From assembly GCA_964016885.1 (NCBI GenBank), contig OZ024740.1:47678001-47742000 (forward strand): DNA of 64,000 nucleotides, written 5' to 3'. Of this stretch, positions 37,424-50,184 are shown in pieces. Made by a program: the position numbers and the translations under genes. The DNA comes from Eledone cirrhosa. Taxonomy: Eukaryota. Below the pieces are notes generated by a model. That model did no database searches. It had not been told where the DNA came from and saw nothing but the letters and a program-made list of their open reading frames with translations. Position 1 is the stretch's first letter. Each line of letters opens with the position of its first letter.

Positions 37424-37700
37424 TCGTTTACACACGGATCAACAAACGTTACATAGTCTAGCTTCCTTTTGTTCCATTACACACTGATCAACTAACGTTA
37501 CATAGCCTGACTTCCTTCTCTTGTTTCATTATACACTGATGAACTAACATTACATAGCCTGGCTTCTTTGTGTTCCATTACACACTGATGAACTAACATT
37601 ACATAGCCTGACTTCCTTGTGTTCCATTACACACTGATGAACTAACGTTATATAGCCTGGCTTCCTTGTGTTTCATTACACACTGGTGAACCTACATTAC
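37424..37700. repeat. Minisatellite, ~49-bp unit, ~5.5 copies
   Basis: Unit TTCCATTACACACTGATGAACTAACATTACATAGCCTGACTTCCTTGTG. Confidence 0.9.
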
Positions 37701-37926
37701 TTAACTCTTTAGCATTTAAACCGGCCATATTAGACCACAATTCTCACACCTCTTTCTGTTTAAACTGGTCGTAACCTGCCGTTCATACTGACGTTAAGGT
37801 ATTGTTCTCAAAATTAATATAAAAATCTCGTAGATTCAATATTATGTGAGATAGTAATGTAAGATAACGCCTTTACCACAAAAATACAATAGTATGGATA
37901 GAGTAATGTAAATTATAAAGGGTTAA
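37701..37926. mobile_element. TTAA-flanked piggyBac-like MITE
   Basis: TTAACTCTTTA..TAAAGGGTTAA; homologous to 40112-40359 and 3345-3536. Confidence 0.75.
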
Positions 37927-38100
37927 CTTAGCTTCATTCACCCATTGTGGGAGAAGCAGCAAGTATATTTAATATTTACAATTAAATAATTTTAAATGAA
38001 ACAATAAAAAGGAAAGGGAAACAATAAAAAGGAAAGGGGGGAAAAAAGAAAATTAAACAATAAAAAAAGGAGAGGTGGATAGAGGGACAAATTCTACACC

Positions 38101-38400
38101 CTAGTCTGAGAGGTGTTTCAACAAAGTCCTGCGGACAGTGATGAAGGCATTGCCATGAAGAATGGTCAAAGACAACCGCTGCAACAACCATTCCACCTCA
38201 CAGAGCTCCTTCCTTGGACAGGCTGCTGTCTTTCTGATTTTGCAGAGGAAATTGGCAGTGCAGGGACAGATGGCAACCAGTATGAAAAGGAAGTGGTTGA
38301 TCAAGCTCCGGTATTTGTTTATCTACCTCTCCTATACATTAGGGGCAGCAGTGCCTGGGTTTGAGGCTGAAGCAACAAAGTTGATCAGATAACGAGTCAT
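38101..38400 (-). mobile_element. CRE-like (restriction-like endonuclease) non-LTR retrotransposon 3' relic
   Basis: Eroded PGTAA..KYRSL..HFLFILVAI...FLCKI...WLLQRLSLTILHGNA, matching the CRE C-terminal KY/F.P.A.ET.G/QRLS.A.QRGNA pattern. Confidence 0.6.
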
Positions 38401-39351
38401 AACCCTTTGCATCCCAGATTAGGGATTTACTTGCGTCTCTCGAATGAGAAAAGCGTTATTCCACCAAAGAAATGATTTTGAAATTTAGGCATAAGACTAA
38501 TAGCGTAGGGTAAGGAACAGTTAATTATATGACTCTAGTAATTAATTGCTACTTTATTTTATTGAACTCAGAAAGATGAAAGGCAAGGTTGACTTCGGCA
38601 GGATCTGAAATTAGAACCTAACTAAATGCTGCAAAGCATTTTGTCTGATTTTACAAATCTGTTGCCTTTGATTTGAAAAATAATTATTTCTACTTTTGGC
38701 ACAAGGCCAGCAATTTGAAAAATAATGGCAAGATTTCATATAGATATGAAATAGTATATTTATAATTTTGGCACAAGGCTAACAATTTTGTAAGGAACAG
38801 TCAATTGATCTCAGTACTTGACTTATTCTATCAATGCTGTCACATACAGGGGTAATACAATCAACTGTTCCTTCTCTCTGAAATATTTGGTTTTGTGTCA
38901 TTTCTAACATAGGATCAAGGGTAGAAATTTGAGGAAAGGGATCAATTAAATTGATTCCCAATATTTTATAGCTACTATATCTTATTGCCCTGAAAGGATG
39001 AAAGGAAAAGTTGACCACTGTAGGATTTGAACTTAGAACGTGAAACACTAACTAAATACCACAAAGCATATTGTCTGGTGGTTTAACAATTCTGCCAATC
39101 CAACACTATATTACATTATTTAAAACATCCATTTTATGGTAAATTTCAGACCCACTAATGAATAAGTTTAAATAAATCCTTAAATGCATATCAATTAAAT
39201 CACCTTCATTTCTCACATCAAATTTGTGAACTAAACTAGTGTCAATGTTAGAAATCAATAAGGCAATTTAAAGCCTGTTTCGTTTATATATTTCCATGTT
39301 AATTTATGTTTTTGCTTTGCTTCTTTTCATTCCCTTTATAAATACCTATAG

Positions 39352-40053
39352 ATGGCCAAATGTGTTCGCACTTTGAACACAGAAAAAATGATGCAATCAC
39401 CAACTAATACCAATTCTCCTGAAGAATCTGACTCTGATATAAAAGATAAAGTAAAATCCATGGTGCAACAGTTTGAATCAAAGATATGCCAAAGTCTTAA
39501 AAAATCAAATGTCATTGATTTCGGTAGCCAGTCAGACAGTAGCATTTATTACCAATCTAATCCATGTTTCACCACTCCCTCAATTCAAAGCAATGAGAAG
39601 ACAATGGTAAAATGTCATGAAGGATCAGTAACCTTAAAACATGACACTGGCTGTTATAAAACACCAATTAAGTTAGAAATATATCCAATTAATTTGTCGT
39701 ACAATGATTATGAAGAACAATTTGACCGTAGGAAATCCATAGACTGGGATATGAACAATATTGATGATGGATCTGATAAATTTACAAACTATATTAAACA
39801 AGATAATCCAATAACTTCTGCTCAATGTACAAGTCTAATTAATCTCCCAAAATTTAATGAATGGATGCCATTTATTAGTCCAACAGATATTACTGTATCC
39901 AAACATTTACCTGGTCTTATCATTACAAACTCCAACATTAATGCCACTATTGTTCAACTTTATCCTGAAAATTCAGATTCATCAGTTTCTGAAATTAAAG
40001 AAAACTTCCATAAACTTTTGGAACAATCTAGAACAGAAGATAAAAATGATACG
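39352..40053 (+). CDS. Gene 3 large exon (234 codons, Ser/Asn/Asp-rich)
   Basis: TATAG acceptor, open frame, ACG|GTAAGT donor, phase 0-0. Confidence 0.85.
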
Positions 40054-40111
40054 GTAAGTAAAGACTGGTTTCTTTGGCATTATAATTTAAAGTTTTTCAG
40101 AAGTTGATACA

Positions 40112-40293
40112 TTAACTCTTTAGCATTTAAACCAGCCATATCCAGCCAGAATTCTTTCACCTCTTTCTGTTCAAACCGGCTGTAACTTGCTACTCATACT
40201 GATGTTAAGGTATTGATCTCAGAATGAATAATATGAAAGTCTCGTAGATTCGATATTCTACAAGATAAAGCCTTTACCACAAAAAATACATTA

Positions 40294-40340
<47 letters not shown>

Positions 40341-40359
40341 CTAAATGCTAAAGGGTTAA
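40112..40359. mobile_element. TTAA-flanked piggyBac-like MITE with internal (TA)n
   Basis: TTAACTCTTTAGCATTTA...TAAATGCTAAAGGGTTAA TIRs. Confidence 0.8.
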
Positions 40360-40384
40360 TCTTATCAATATTAATCATTTAATT

Positions 40385-43300
40385 TAAAGGTTCTCAACAG
40401 GAGGCATATCCCCCCCCCCCCCCATCTAGGGGCGTTTTGGAGCAAGGGAGCATTTGGAGGGGGGGGGGGCTGGAAGACTATATTTGTACGTCTCCGAGAT
40501 AGCCAGTGTGAATGCATTTGAATGAGCCTGCAGACAGCATAACTATGGTCTGACTGCAGGTGTGCATGCTTGTCTAGACATTAACCGGCAATTGAGATCC
40601 TAAAAATAGAAAAACCCACAGTCAACTGGGTGAAGGACACTTTGAGCACTGCCAGTTAGAATATTGTCGCTCTTTCACCGATAACAATGTATGTCATGTC
40701 TGAAATTATTGACTCAACGGTAATGAGTTAACACTATGTAGATCTATTTTATTCCAAATTGTATAAATAATATTACAAATAAAAAAAAAAGGAAAACAAA
40801 AGAAAAAAAAGAAAAGAAAAAACAGAAGCGGGGAGCACATACATCTAGGACCACATACAACACATCAGCAGGTAATACATACATCTAGGACCACATACAA
40901 TGCATAAGCAGGTAATACATACATGTAGGACCACATACAACACACAGGTATGTAATACACTCATCTAGAACCACATACAACACACAGGCAGGTAATAAAT
41001 ACATCTAGGACCACATACAACACACAGGCAGGTAATACATACATCTAGGACCACATGCAACACACAGGCAGGTAATACACTCATCTAGAACCACATACAA
41101 CACATAAGCAGGTAATACATACATCTAGGACCACATACAATACACAGGCAGGTAATACATACATCTAGGACCACATACAATACACAGGCAGGTAATAAAT
41201 ACATCTAGGACCACATACAACACACAGGCAGGTAATACATACATCTAGGACCACATGCAACACACAGGCAGGTAATACACTCATCTAGAACCACATACAA
41301 CACATAAGCAGGTAATACATACATCTAGGACCACATACAATACACAGGCAGGTAATACATACATCTAGGACCACATACAACACACAAGCAGGTAATACAT
41401 ACATCTAGGACCACATACAACACACAAGCAGGTAATACATACATCTAGGACCACATACAACACACAAGCAGGTAATACATACATCTCGGACCACATACAA
41501 CACACAAGCAGGTAATACATACATCTAGGACCACATACAACACACAAGCAGGTAATACATACATCTAGGACCACATACAACACACAAGCAGGTAATACAT
41601 ACATCTAGGACCACATACAACACACAAGCAGGTAATACATACATCTAGGACCACATACAACACACAAGCAGGTAATACATACATCTAGGACCACATACAA
41701 CACACAAGCAGGTAATACATACATCTAGGACCACATACAACATACAAGCAGGTAATACATACATCTAGGACCACATACAACTCACAAGCAGGTAATACAT
41801 ACATCTAGGACCACATACAACACACAAGCCGCTAATACATATATCTAGGACCACATACAACACACAGGTAGGTAATACATACAGCTGGGACCACATACAA
41901 CACACAGGTAGGTAATACATACAGCTGGGACGACATGCTGTGCTACAGACAGTGCAAGAGCAATGGTCAGCCAACATAGGGGTTTCATCACTCTTCTGAA
42001 GAGAGAAAATCCATTTGTATTTGCTGTTCATTGTGTCATTCATAGACAACACTTGGCTGTGAAGAAACTCAGTGAGCCGCTGAGCAAGCCTTTGCAGGTG
42101 GCCATTGATGACATCAATTTTATCAAACGGCATTCCCTCAATGAATGAATTTTCCAGCAACTGTGCCAACATAATGATGAAGAATTCATCGAGTTGCTCC
42201 TTCATACTGAAATGAGGTGGCTCTCAAAGGGCAAGTGCCTTACTCGCTTCCTTCAACTGTTCAACTCTAACATTGAGTTTCTTTGAGGACGCAACACAGA
42301 AATGCACAAGAAAACCCTCAATGTGAGGCAAGACTGTGCCTACCTCGTCGACATTTTCGTCAAATACAGTAGCCTCATTATAGCTTTGCAGGGGGAGATC
42401 ACCTTGTTTAAAGCAAGGAATGTTTTCAAAACATTCCTGGCGAAATTGTATGTCATCAAAAGGAATCTTTATTGAGAGAAATGGACATCGCAATGTGGAT
42501 AGCAGTTATCTTCATAGCTAATGTCGATGATTTGGACATAAAATTTCAGGAAGAATTCATTGAACTTCAAGCAGATGACCTGATCAAAATTAGATTTTCC
42601 AAAATAGGTGAACCCCTTTTTGGGATGCAAGAGGAAATTGAGCGTCAATTTCTACTCCTACATGCAAGACTAAGAACTTTGCTCTGCCTTTTCCAAGCTC
42701 ATACTTAGTCGAGAGGGGGTTTGGCACTGTTCCCAGACTACACAGTAAGGCTTGCAACCGCTACAATATAATTACACATGGAGATCTCCGGCTACATCTT
42801 ATGAAAATTCAGCTTGACGTCAAAGGGTACCATTGAAATGAGGTCAAAGTTAAAGTAAGTCGATTTATCCGAAAACTTGGATATGCTATTGTTACGAAGC
42901 AAACTAACAATTTTTTTATTTGTAGTTGCAGTTTGACTGGACTGGAAACCATCTATTACAATTCACTTACTCATTTGTTGTATATATTTTACCATTTACT
43001 AATAAATATACCCTCTTACGTGGTCATGAAAACCCTCCCGCATGGTCTCTAAGCTCATAAAGCGGAGGAGACATCAAGTTAGATAGTAAGATTTATTCTG
43101 TCTGTTTCATTAAAGGGAAAATTGGAAAGCTTTGAAATGATATAATTGCCACTTTCTTCCAGATAAGAACACTCTTTGGATAGACAGAGTTGCTCTTGTA
43201 TAAATGTCCAAAATAGCTGGCATTGCCTAGTGGGAATATAACAAATTCAACTGGTCCTTATTCATAAAAAAGAACATTTATGTTGCTTTTTTATTTATTT

Positions 43301-43488
43301 ATATACTTCCTTTCAAGGAATGTATTTATACTCTCAACTGCCTGCAATGGTATCTTTGGAATATTGTTAATCAATTTTTTAGTAATCTACTGATTAGTAT
43401 ATTGAAAAATGGAAAAATAGGGTAGGGTTCGTTTTGTGATTTCGAGGGGCAAAAGGGGGATGTTTGGCCTAAATGGGTTGAGAACCTG
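40385..43488 (+). mobile_element. hAT (Buster/Charlie-type) DNA transposon, degenerate
   Basis: TIR AGGTTCTCAAC / GTTGAGAACCT, perfect 8-bp TSD ATTTAATT (40377-84, 43489-96; nnnTAnnn). Transposase relic at about 41940-42830 with CATD..AM, HCVIHRQHL, LLLHTEMRWLSKGK and YLVERGF; stops and frameshifts present. Confidence 0.88.
40838..41931. repeat. Minisatellite, 40-bp unit, ~27 copies
   Basis: Unit GGACCACATACAACACACAAGCAGGTAATACATACATCTA, head-to-tail with no spacers. Confidence 0.98.
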
Positions 43489-44315
43489 ATTTAATTGAGG
43501 GCCTAAAATTTGTGTTTCTGGTACTTTGCAGTATTTAGTTTTGTCTCCCTCAGTTACAAGCTTAGTTATCATTGATGCCTAGAAACTGAGTTCGGTTGAA
43601 AACTTTACATTTTCTCTTACAAAAAAACTGATAACAATATATAACTTTTAATTGAAAATGTTCCATATGGTGACCAGCTCATAGACGTTTTGTAAATATA
43701 TAATTATTTGTATTTAAACACAATGACTCTAAATTCCTAACTCTTTGAAACAGCCACTTATAATATTTGTTCATCTTCAACATAATTTAACACCCATTTT
43801 CCCTGTAGCAAGGGTTAGATATGTAGTTACAGAGTAGTCAATACTCAAGCAGGACCACCAATCTTCTGGTGGGCTAGAGGCCTGACATATGATCCTGTGC
43901 TCTGAGTGCATTTTATCAGACTATGGAAGTTGTCATGTCTTTAACACAGCTGAAGGGTCTGACTGACCCATTGTTTGGCAGGTTTTCTAGGGTTGGATGC
44001 CCTTCCTCTCACCAACCACTTTACAGTGTATTGGGTGCGTTTATCATGTCGATCACCAACACTAGGAATGTTACATCTATAGCACAACTGAAGAGTTTTC
44101 TGGACTCTTTATTTAGCAAATTTTCTATGGCTGAAAATCCTTCCTATCACCAATCACTTTACAGAGTGAAGTGGGCGTATTTATCGTGAAGTTCAGCTGC
44201 ATAATAAATTCAGTGAACTACTTATTGGGTGATTGAAACCTGCAACCAACAAATTGTGATATAAAATAAAGATAATAATCCTAGTTATAAGTGTATATGT
44301 ATATATTATTTTCAG

Positions 44316-44584
44316 TGCAATTTAACTGTATGCAGTTATGACAATAACGATATTATGTTGGATGAAATAGCAAACTCATTCCAATTTCTTCAAGCTGATG
44401 ACCAAATTAATCATCCAATTTCTGAAACTTTTACATATGGAGACTTTTCTGATGCAAGTCATATAATTCCTGAACAAAAATCTAACTTTAATACATCAGC
44501 TACACAAACGATTCCAATACAAGGCAGTAATGAAGAAGCTCTGAAGAGATCAACAGTAGATAATCTGATTGTGTCTTCATATGG
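44316..44584 (+). CDS. Gene 3 exon
   Basis: TTTTCAG acceptor, GG|GTAATT donor, phase 0 to 2, open frame. Confidence 0.82.
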
Positions 44585-45003
44585 GTAATTTGAAATATAT
44601 TTTTATCCTTTTGTGTGGCTGGCTATAGGAATTACAAACAGGGCTCATTTGGTTGGATCCCTCAAGATCTGGATTAAAAACCAATAGAAGTGTGAAAACT
44701 AAATTGTATTAGATAATGAAAAAGATCATGAAAATTGTGTACAGTGCTCAGGTGCATTACAAACTGAAATCAAAGAATCGCAAATTATCAAATAATTCTA
44801 TACAAAAATGTTATCTTTGTATTTTTGTATGCCAAGGAACTTACACAAATTGAATCTGGCCAGTCACCCTAAAATTATTAATGGTTGCTAATGGCATTTA
44901 TATATCTTGGATGTTTAGTATCTAGCTATTAGAATATGCCTGGGAACAATGCATACAATTGTGACCTTTATTCTAATTGTCTATGGTGTGACTTGAAAAT
45001 ACA

Positions 45004-45231
45004 TTAACCCTTTCATGACTGCATTTCTAATGAAATATGCTCTTTTTTAATTAATTAATGAAGAATTTTGATGGATTTACAAAAGTTATTTCATTACTAA
45101 GATAGTAACTTAATGTAAGTTCTTATATATTATGTTGAAAGATTTGGATTTAAATTGGAAACCTTTAAAATGGGTCATTTATTTCATAGAATCAGAGCCA
45201 GTTTTGGCCAGGTTTGTAACCAAAGGGTTAA
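45004..45231. mobile_element. TTAA-flanked piggyBac-like MITE
   Basis: TTAACCCTTT..AAAGGGTTAA; 5' end matches 3187. Confidence 0.7.
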
Positions 45232-45439
45232 GAGTTAGTCAATGTATGATGAAAATATAGAAACATTAGTCATGGCTGGAATGCCTTCTGATCATAGGTT
45301 TACCATGGTCTAAATAGTTGAAAGTGAAAGTGGACTGATTTTCTTTTTTATATGATTACTTTTTTTTATCATTATATACAATTGAATAAAAGGAAAGTTG
45401 TCTTTTTATAAACAAATCCCTTTTTTTTTCCTTTTCTAG

Positions 45440-45524
45440 TCAAGATGATGTCAAGACGGTTCCTACTATTTGTGATTACTTTAGCCCCAATGTTTCACCT
45501 ATAACATCAGACCATATCCCAAAA
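45440..45524 (+). CDS. Gene 3 exon
   Basis: Polypyrimidine-CTAG acceptor, GTAAGT donor, phase 2 to 0 (QDDVKTVPTICDYFSPNVSPITSDHIPK). Confidence 0.85.
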
Positions 45525-46029
45525 GTAAGTTTCTATAGATCTCTTTAACTTCTTTACTAAATCTAGTTTTTTCATGTTTGGTTCTTACTTAATGCATTAA
45601 TTTACACATCAAGGGTGCTGAAACAGGATGTGCTCTAACCACTAAGTCACGTGCTTTCCTAGGCTGATAGCAAAATATTTAACTCTATACTTACATGTAA
45701 ATAGATATCAGAATGGTACAGTGAGTGGTAGTGTTTTTTTTGGCTTACTATGCTCAGATGTAATGGTGACACCCATACACTTTGCTGTGTCAAGTCTGTT
45801 ACTGACCTGTTTTTGTTTTTTTTTAAATAGATATGTTATTTTGCTCTATTTATTCATTTAAACCACCACAGCAGAATTTATGCATTTGGATGAGGTAATA
45901 AGGAGGCATCTACATGGTTACTCGACCAGCTAGAAATAACAGCCAAAGTTCCCTCAAATCACTTCTTACTATATGAAGTAAAAGTTACACATTAGTTATG
46001 TAATCACATACATCTAGTAGGCACCTCTT

Positions 46030-46330
46030 AACCACTATACTCCAATTCCATACACCTCCCATGCTCCAACACCCACCCACTCCTGTTTACACCACCCTTA
46101 GACTGTAAAGTTGTCATGCTGGTATCACAACAAAAAGCATCCAGCCCACACTGTAAAGTGGTTGTAGGTGTCACAACAAAAAGCATCCAGTACACACAGT
46201 AAATGTGGTTGGCATTAGGAAGGGCATCCAACTATGAGCATGACGCAGTCACTTTATCTGACTTGCCTCAAAAAGGACAACCTGTCTAACTCATGCTAGG
46301 GTGGAAAATAGACGTTAAACGATGATGATA
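46030..46330 (+). mobile_element. RTE 3' UTR fragment
   Basis: GGAAGGGCATCCA motif and GACGTTAAACGATGATGAT tail. Confidence 0.75.
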
Positions 46331-46337
46331 TAGCTCT

Positions 46338-46680
46338 CATCATCATCCTTCGACTCCTCTATGGGCAGTCAAACTCTCTTGACTATCCCTTTCCACACTG
46401 TTTGGTCCTGCATTGCTGTCCCCAGATCCCTTATGTCTAATCCTGAGTCCCGAGCTATGGTGTCTGGGAAAGTCAATGTTTGTGAATAGACACTTCCAGA
46501 GGGATGGCACAGAAGGAGAGATGAAATGATTTCTTTGTCGGCTCGATGACAGTGACCAGCAAACTGTAGTCTTTTTTTGCTTGAGTCTGAGGGATATTGG
46601 AATCAAATCTCTGTAGATGGTTTCAAGTGTTGTGTGTGATCTCCAGCTTCTGTTTTTGATTCTTCTAAGCAGATTTGTAT
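46338..46680 (-). mobile_element. Degenerate 3' end of another RTE-group LINE
   Basis: - strand reads LTFPDTIARD.GLDIRDLGTAMQDQTVWKGIV followed by a GAT tail. Confidence 0.45.
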
Positions 46681-47916
46681 ATGCTCTATAAAGACAGGAT
46701 ATAGCTCTAAAAAGACAGGATGACCATAGCTGGAATGTTTTGGATCATAGGTCTAGTTAATGAGTTAACTTGAAGCTAATCCTTTCCATCATTATCATCA
46801 TATATATTTATGAAGATGCCAACTTATTTACTAGATAAATTGCTAACATTATAGCTTACAAATGAAACTGTTTTGTTTGCTTTTATATTTTTAATATGAT
46901 GAGTAAATATATTTGATTACACGTTCAAATTCAGAGTTAGTTTCATTTCGTTAATTTTTTGTTTTAATTAGTTGGAGAGGCAATGGCAAAGACTGGAGAA
47001 GTTGATGCAACTGGGATTCAGTTTGGATTTCTATTTTGTAAGAGAAATTGTACATAAAAAGGGTTTCAAAGGGCAGGGTCATAGCTAAGACAATTGCTCC
47101 CAATAAGGTCTCACACTGGAAGAGCACTTGCACCTAAAGGGGTCCCATGCTAATGTCATCTACTCTCTGCTCAAGTACACATAACAATACATTACAATAT
47201 ATATGTAACATCCTATTGAGTCCTGCACATCTTAAGGCCAACTCTGCTAAAAGGCATCATTTCCAGTAATCAATAGTTAGGTAAAGTGTTAGTGCAGGGT
47301 TTGAGATGAAAACACAAAATGATTGAGCATAGGAGAGGCAAATGCATGGATAGGCATCATTGGAGATTAAATGCAGATTGCCAGTTCAGAAGAGCGAAAG
47401 CTTTAATAATAATATCATAAGAGGCAGAGAAAAGAAAATATATATCTATGAACATCAGTTGTAATGTGTTATTGAGGGTGTAGCTGAATGGCCTATTATT
47501 TGAAGTGCAGGGTAGTAAAAAGTAATCCATTATGGATCACTTTGTAGTGATTCAGAAACTGATCACAGGCAGAAATACATTCTGACCCTGAAGAGAGGTA
47601 TAGTCTTATGAATGCAGTTTTGGAAATTGTTGTTGACTGGCCCTGCTGCATTCCTGATTGAGCAAACCTATGATCAAAAACATTCCAGCTGAGACTAGCC
47701 CAACTTTTTTTTTTTTTCATATATAGTGTCTCTGTGGCTGCATCCATCCTTTTTTTTTTTTTTTTTTTTTTATTTATTTATTTTTATATTATTTTTTTTT
47801 TTTTTATAGGTTGTATGGTGTGACTGGCCTTATATCTATTATAGATTGTTACAGTATACAAACTGAAATTAATCAATTCATAGTTTGTATAAATTTTAAA
47901 AAAGCTTATTTAATTA

Positions 47917-48102
47917 ATTTTCTACTTTTGGCACAAGGCGAGCAATTATCCTAGTGCATTACTGGTATTTTATTTTATCAACCCCGTAAGAATGAGAGGC
48001 AAAATCAATCTCGGAGGGATTTGAACTCGGACTGTAAAGGGCCGTAACTCTATGCTGTGACGCATGGCGGCCGACCCTTTTCCGATACTGCCAATCCACT
48101 GC
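47917..48102 (-). mobile_element. SINE family A (antisense)
   Basis: Reverse complement of the family A copies. Confidence 0.85.
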
Positions 48103-48482
48103 CCTAAAAGCTTAATTAAAGAATTGTTTTTATTAGTTTCTGAAAGGAGTTATAGCCTTTGCAGGCCCTCTGGGACTCATGAGATCAATGTGGTTAATAT
48201 TCCACTTAAATAGTTGCAGCTTGACAGCAGCAAAAACATAGATAAGGAAAGGATTCTAGAGGGTTGGAGTCCTGGGAAGGAAGGACTGCATTAGTGCTAT
48301 GAAATGTTTTTTAAATGTTTTTTTTTTTTTTTTTTTTTTTTTTTTTCAAACTCCATTTTAGCTAATGAAGATATTCCAACTAGTACAATCTTTATTTAAA
48401 GTCTCCTGCATAAACAAACTTTTAATATTTTTTCAAGGGTCAGAATATTGTGATAGAGAAATTGTATTTTTTTTTTTTTTAG

Positions 48483-48563
48483 AATATTCATCAAGATTGC
48501 ATTTCTTTAAAATGGATTTTGAATGAACTGAACAATATTTGCCCTGAATTACAAATTGATTGT
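48483..48563 (+). CDS. Gene 3 exon
   Basis: (T)n-AG acceptor, GTAAGT donor, 81 nt, phase 0-0. Confidence 0.85.
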
Positions 48564-49000
48564 GTAAGTTTTTCTTAGTTATATCATATAAATCACTGAG
48601 ATTTTAACAGAAGCTTATATTTTGTGCATTTTATAGACAGTGCATGTCACACACGCATGCACACATACACATCTACCTACCTACCTACCTTAATAAAACA
48701 AAGGTCATTTGATTTATAACTATGCCTTTATTTCATATGTCTCCAAACACTAAATTATTGTTGAGCTTTCTTCTTTCTCTTTGTCTATTTTACCAATGTT
48801 ATAATGGCGTCTGACACATAATTAATGCTGTCATACTCGCATAAATACCTTCTTGTATAAATAACATTTTGATATTTCTAATTGAGAGATTATTCCAAGG
48901 ACAAAACAAACTCTTAAATCATTATTTTATTTTTTACTCTGGGAATTAGATCCTCATATCCCTTAAAATTTTAAAGCTGACATAGTTATTCATTTAAGTG

Positions 49001-49802
49001 TCATCATCATCATCACCGTTTTACGTCCGTTCTTCCACGTTGTGGGCAGTGTCTGGTCGGCTGACCATGCCTTGCTCATACAGGAACTGATTTGGCTTGA
49101 TTTCTACAGCTGGATGCCCTTCCTAACACCAACCTCATTTACAGTGAGTGCTGGGTGCTTTTTCGTGGCGCCTACACATACACTTTACAGTGTGGGCTAG
49201 GTGCTTTTTTTGCCGTGGCACCTCCACGACCACCTTGCGGTGGGGGCATATTGTCTATATGCTTCAGCTTGTACCCATGGGAGGTTGGGTACTCTGTATT
49301 ACTGCGTGACGCCAGAAGTCACGGTCGTGTGTCATTGCCTTTGAGAGGTGTAATTGGGTAAGGTCGGCTTTTATCACCTCATCCCAGGTCATCTTGGGTC
49401 TCCCCACTCCGCGGTTTCCATCAACTTCTAGTGCTCTGCACCTTTTTATGCAGCTGTCATCCTTCATACGCATCACATGTCCATACCAGCGCAACTGCCT
49501 CTCCTGCACACAGCATTTGATTCCTCTTATGCTCAGTCTCTCTCTCAATTCATTTATGCTTTGTCGTTCGCGTATATTACTGTTACACATCCATCGGGGC
49601 ATGCAGGCTTCGTTTCTCTCTAATCTACGTAAGTCTTCCACCTTCAGCGCCCAGGTCTCACTACCATGCAACATTGCTGTTCGGATACACGCATCATACA
49701 GTCTGCCTTTCATTCTGAGGGAGAAGCCTTTTGCAGCTAGCAGTGGTAGTAGTTCCCTAAACTTCTTCCATCCCGTTCTTACCCTAGTTATTGTACTTTC
49801 TG
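49001..49802 (-). mobile_element. RTE LINE copy B' (5'-truncated)
   Basis: Near-identical to 17576-18418; ORF 49264-49713. Confidence 0.93.
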
Positions 49803-49867
49803 TGGATTCGTAAATAATTGTTTGTTGTTGAATTAAGCTAAGACAACCTTTTTTTTGTATCCAATAG

Positions 49868-49951
49868 GACCTTGAAGAAAAATCTGCTATATTAAAACTG
49901 ATGAAGACACTAGTTGATATAAAAAATTTCGTGTCTTCCCTGAAGGATGAT
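49868..49951 (+). CDS. Gene 3 exon
   Basis: AATAG acceptor, GTAAGT donor, 84 nt, phase 0-0. Confidence 0.85.
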
Positions 49952-50184
49952 GTAAGTTACTATTTAAGTTCTATATTTCAGTTGGTCATCTTTTGTGTAC
50001 ATAACAAAGATAATGTTGTGTATAATACAATTACTGAACAATTTTCTTAAATATTTCTTTCAATCATGACTTTCAGAAACATTTTTTCATGTTCAGAGTT
50101 GCTGAAGCATGGAACAAGCTACCAGTATCGGTTGTTAGCTGTCGGGACAGCTTCAAAACTTCTATGCTTCCTGAAATTCGCCAA

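Noticed and set aside
37424-37700. Tandem hammerhead (retrozyme) array, because units contain CTGATGA
   Set aside because: No GAAA, stem III or GUH element follows in any unit.
40838-41931. CRISPR-like regular array
   Set aside because: Units are contiguous 40-mers with no unique spacers, there are no cas genes, and the context is a eukaryotic intron.
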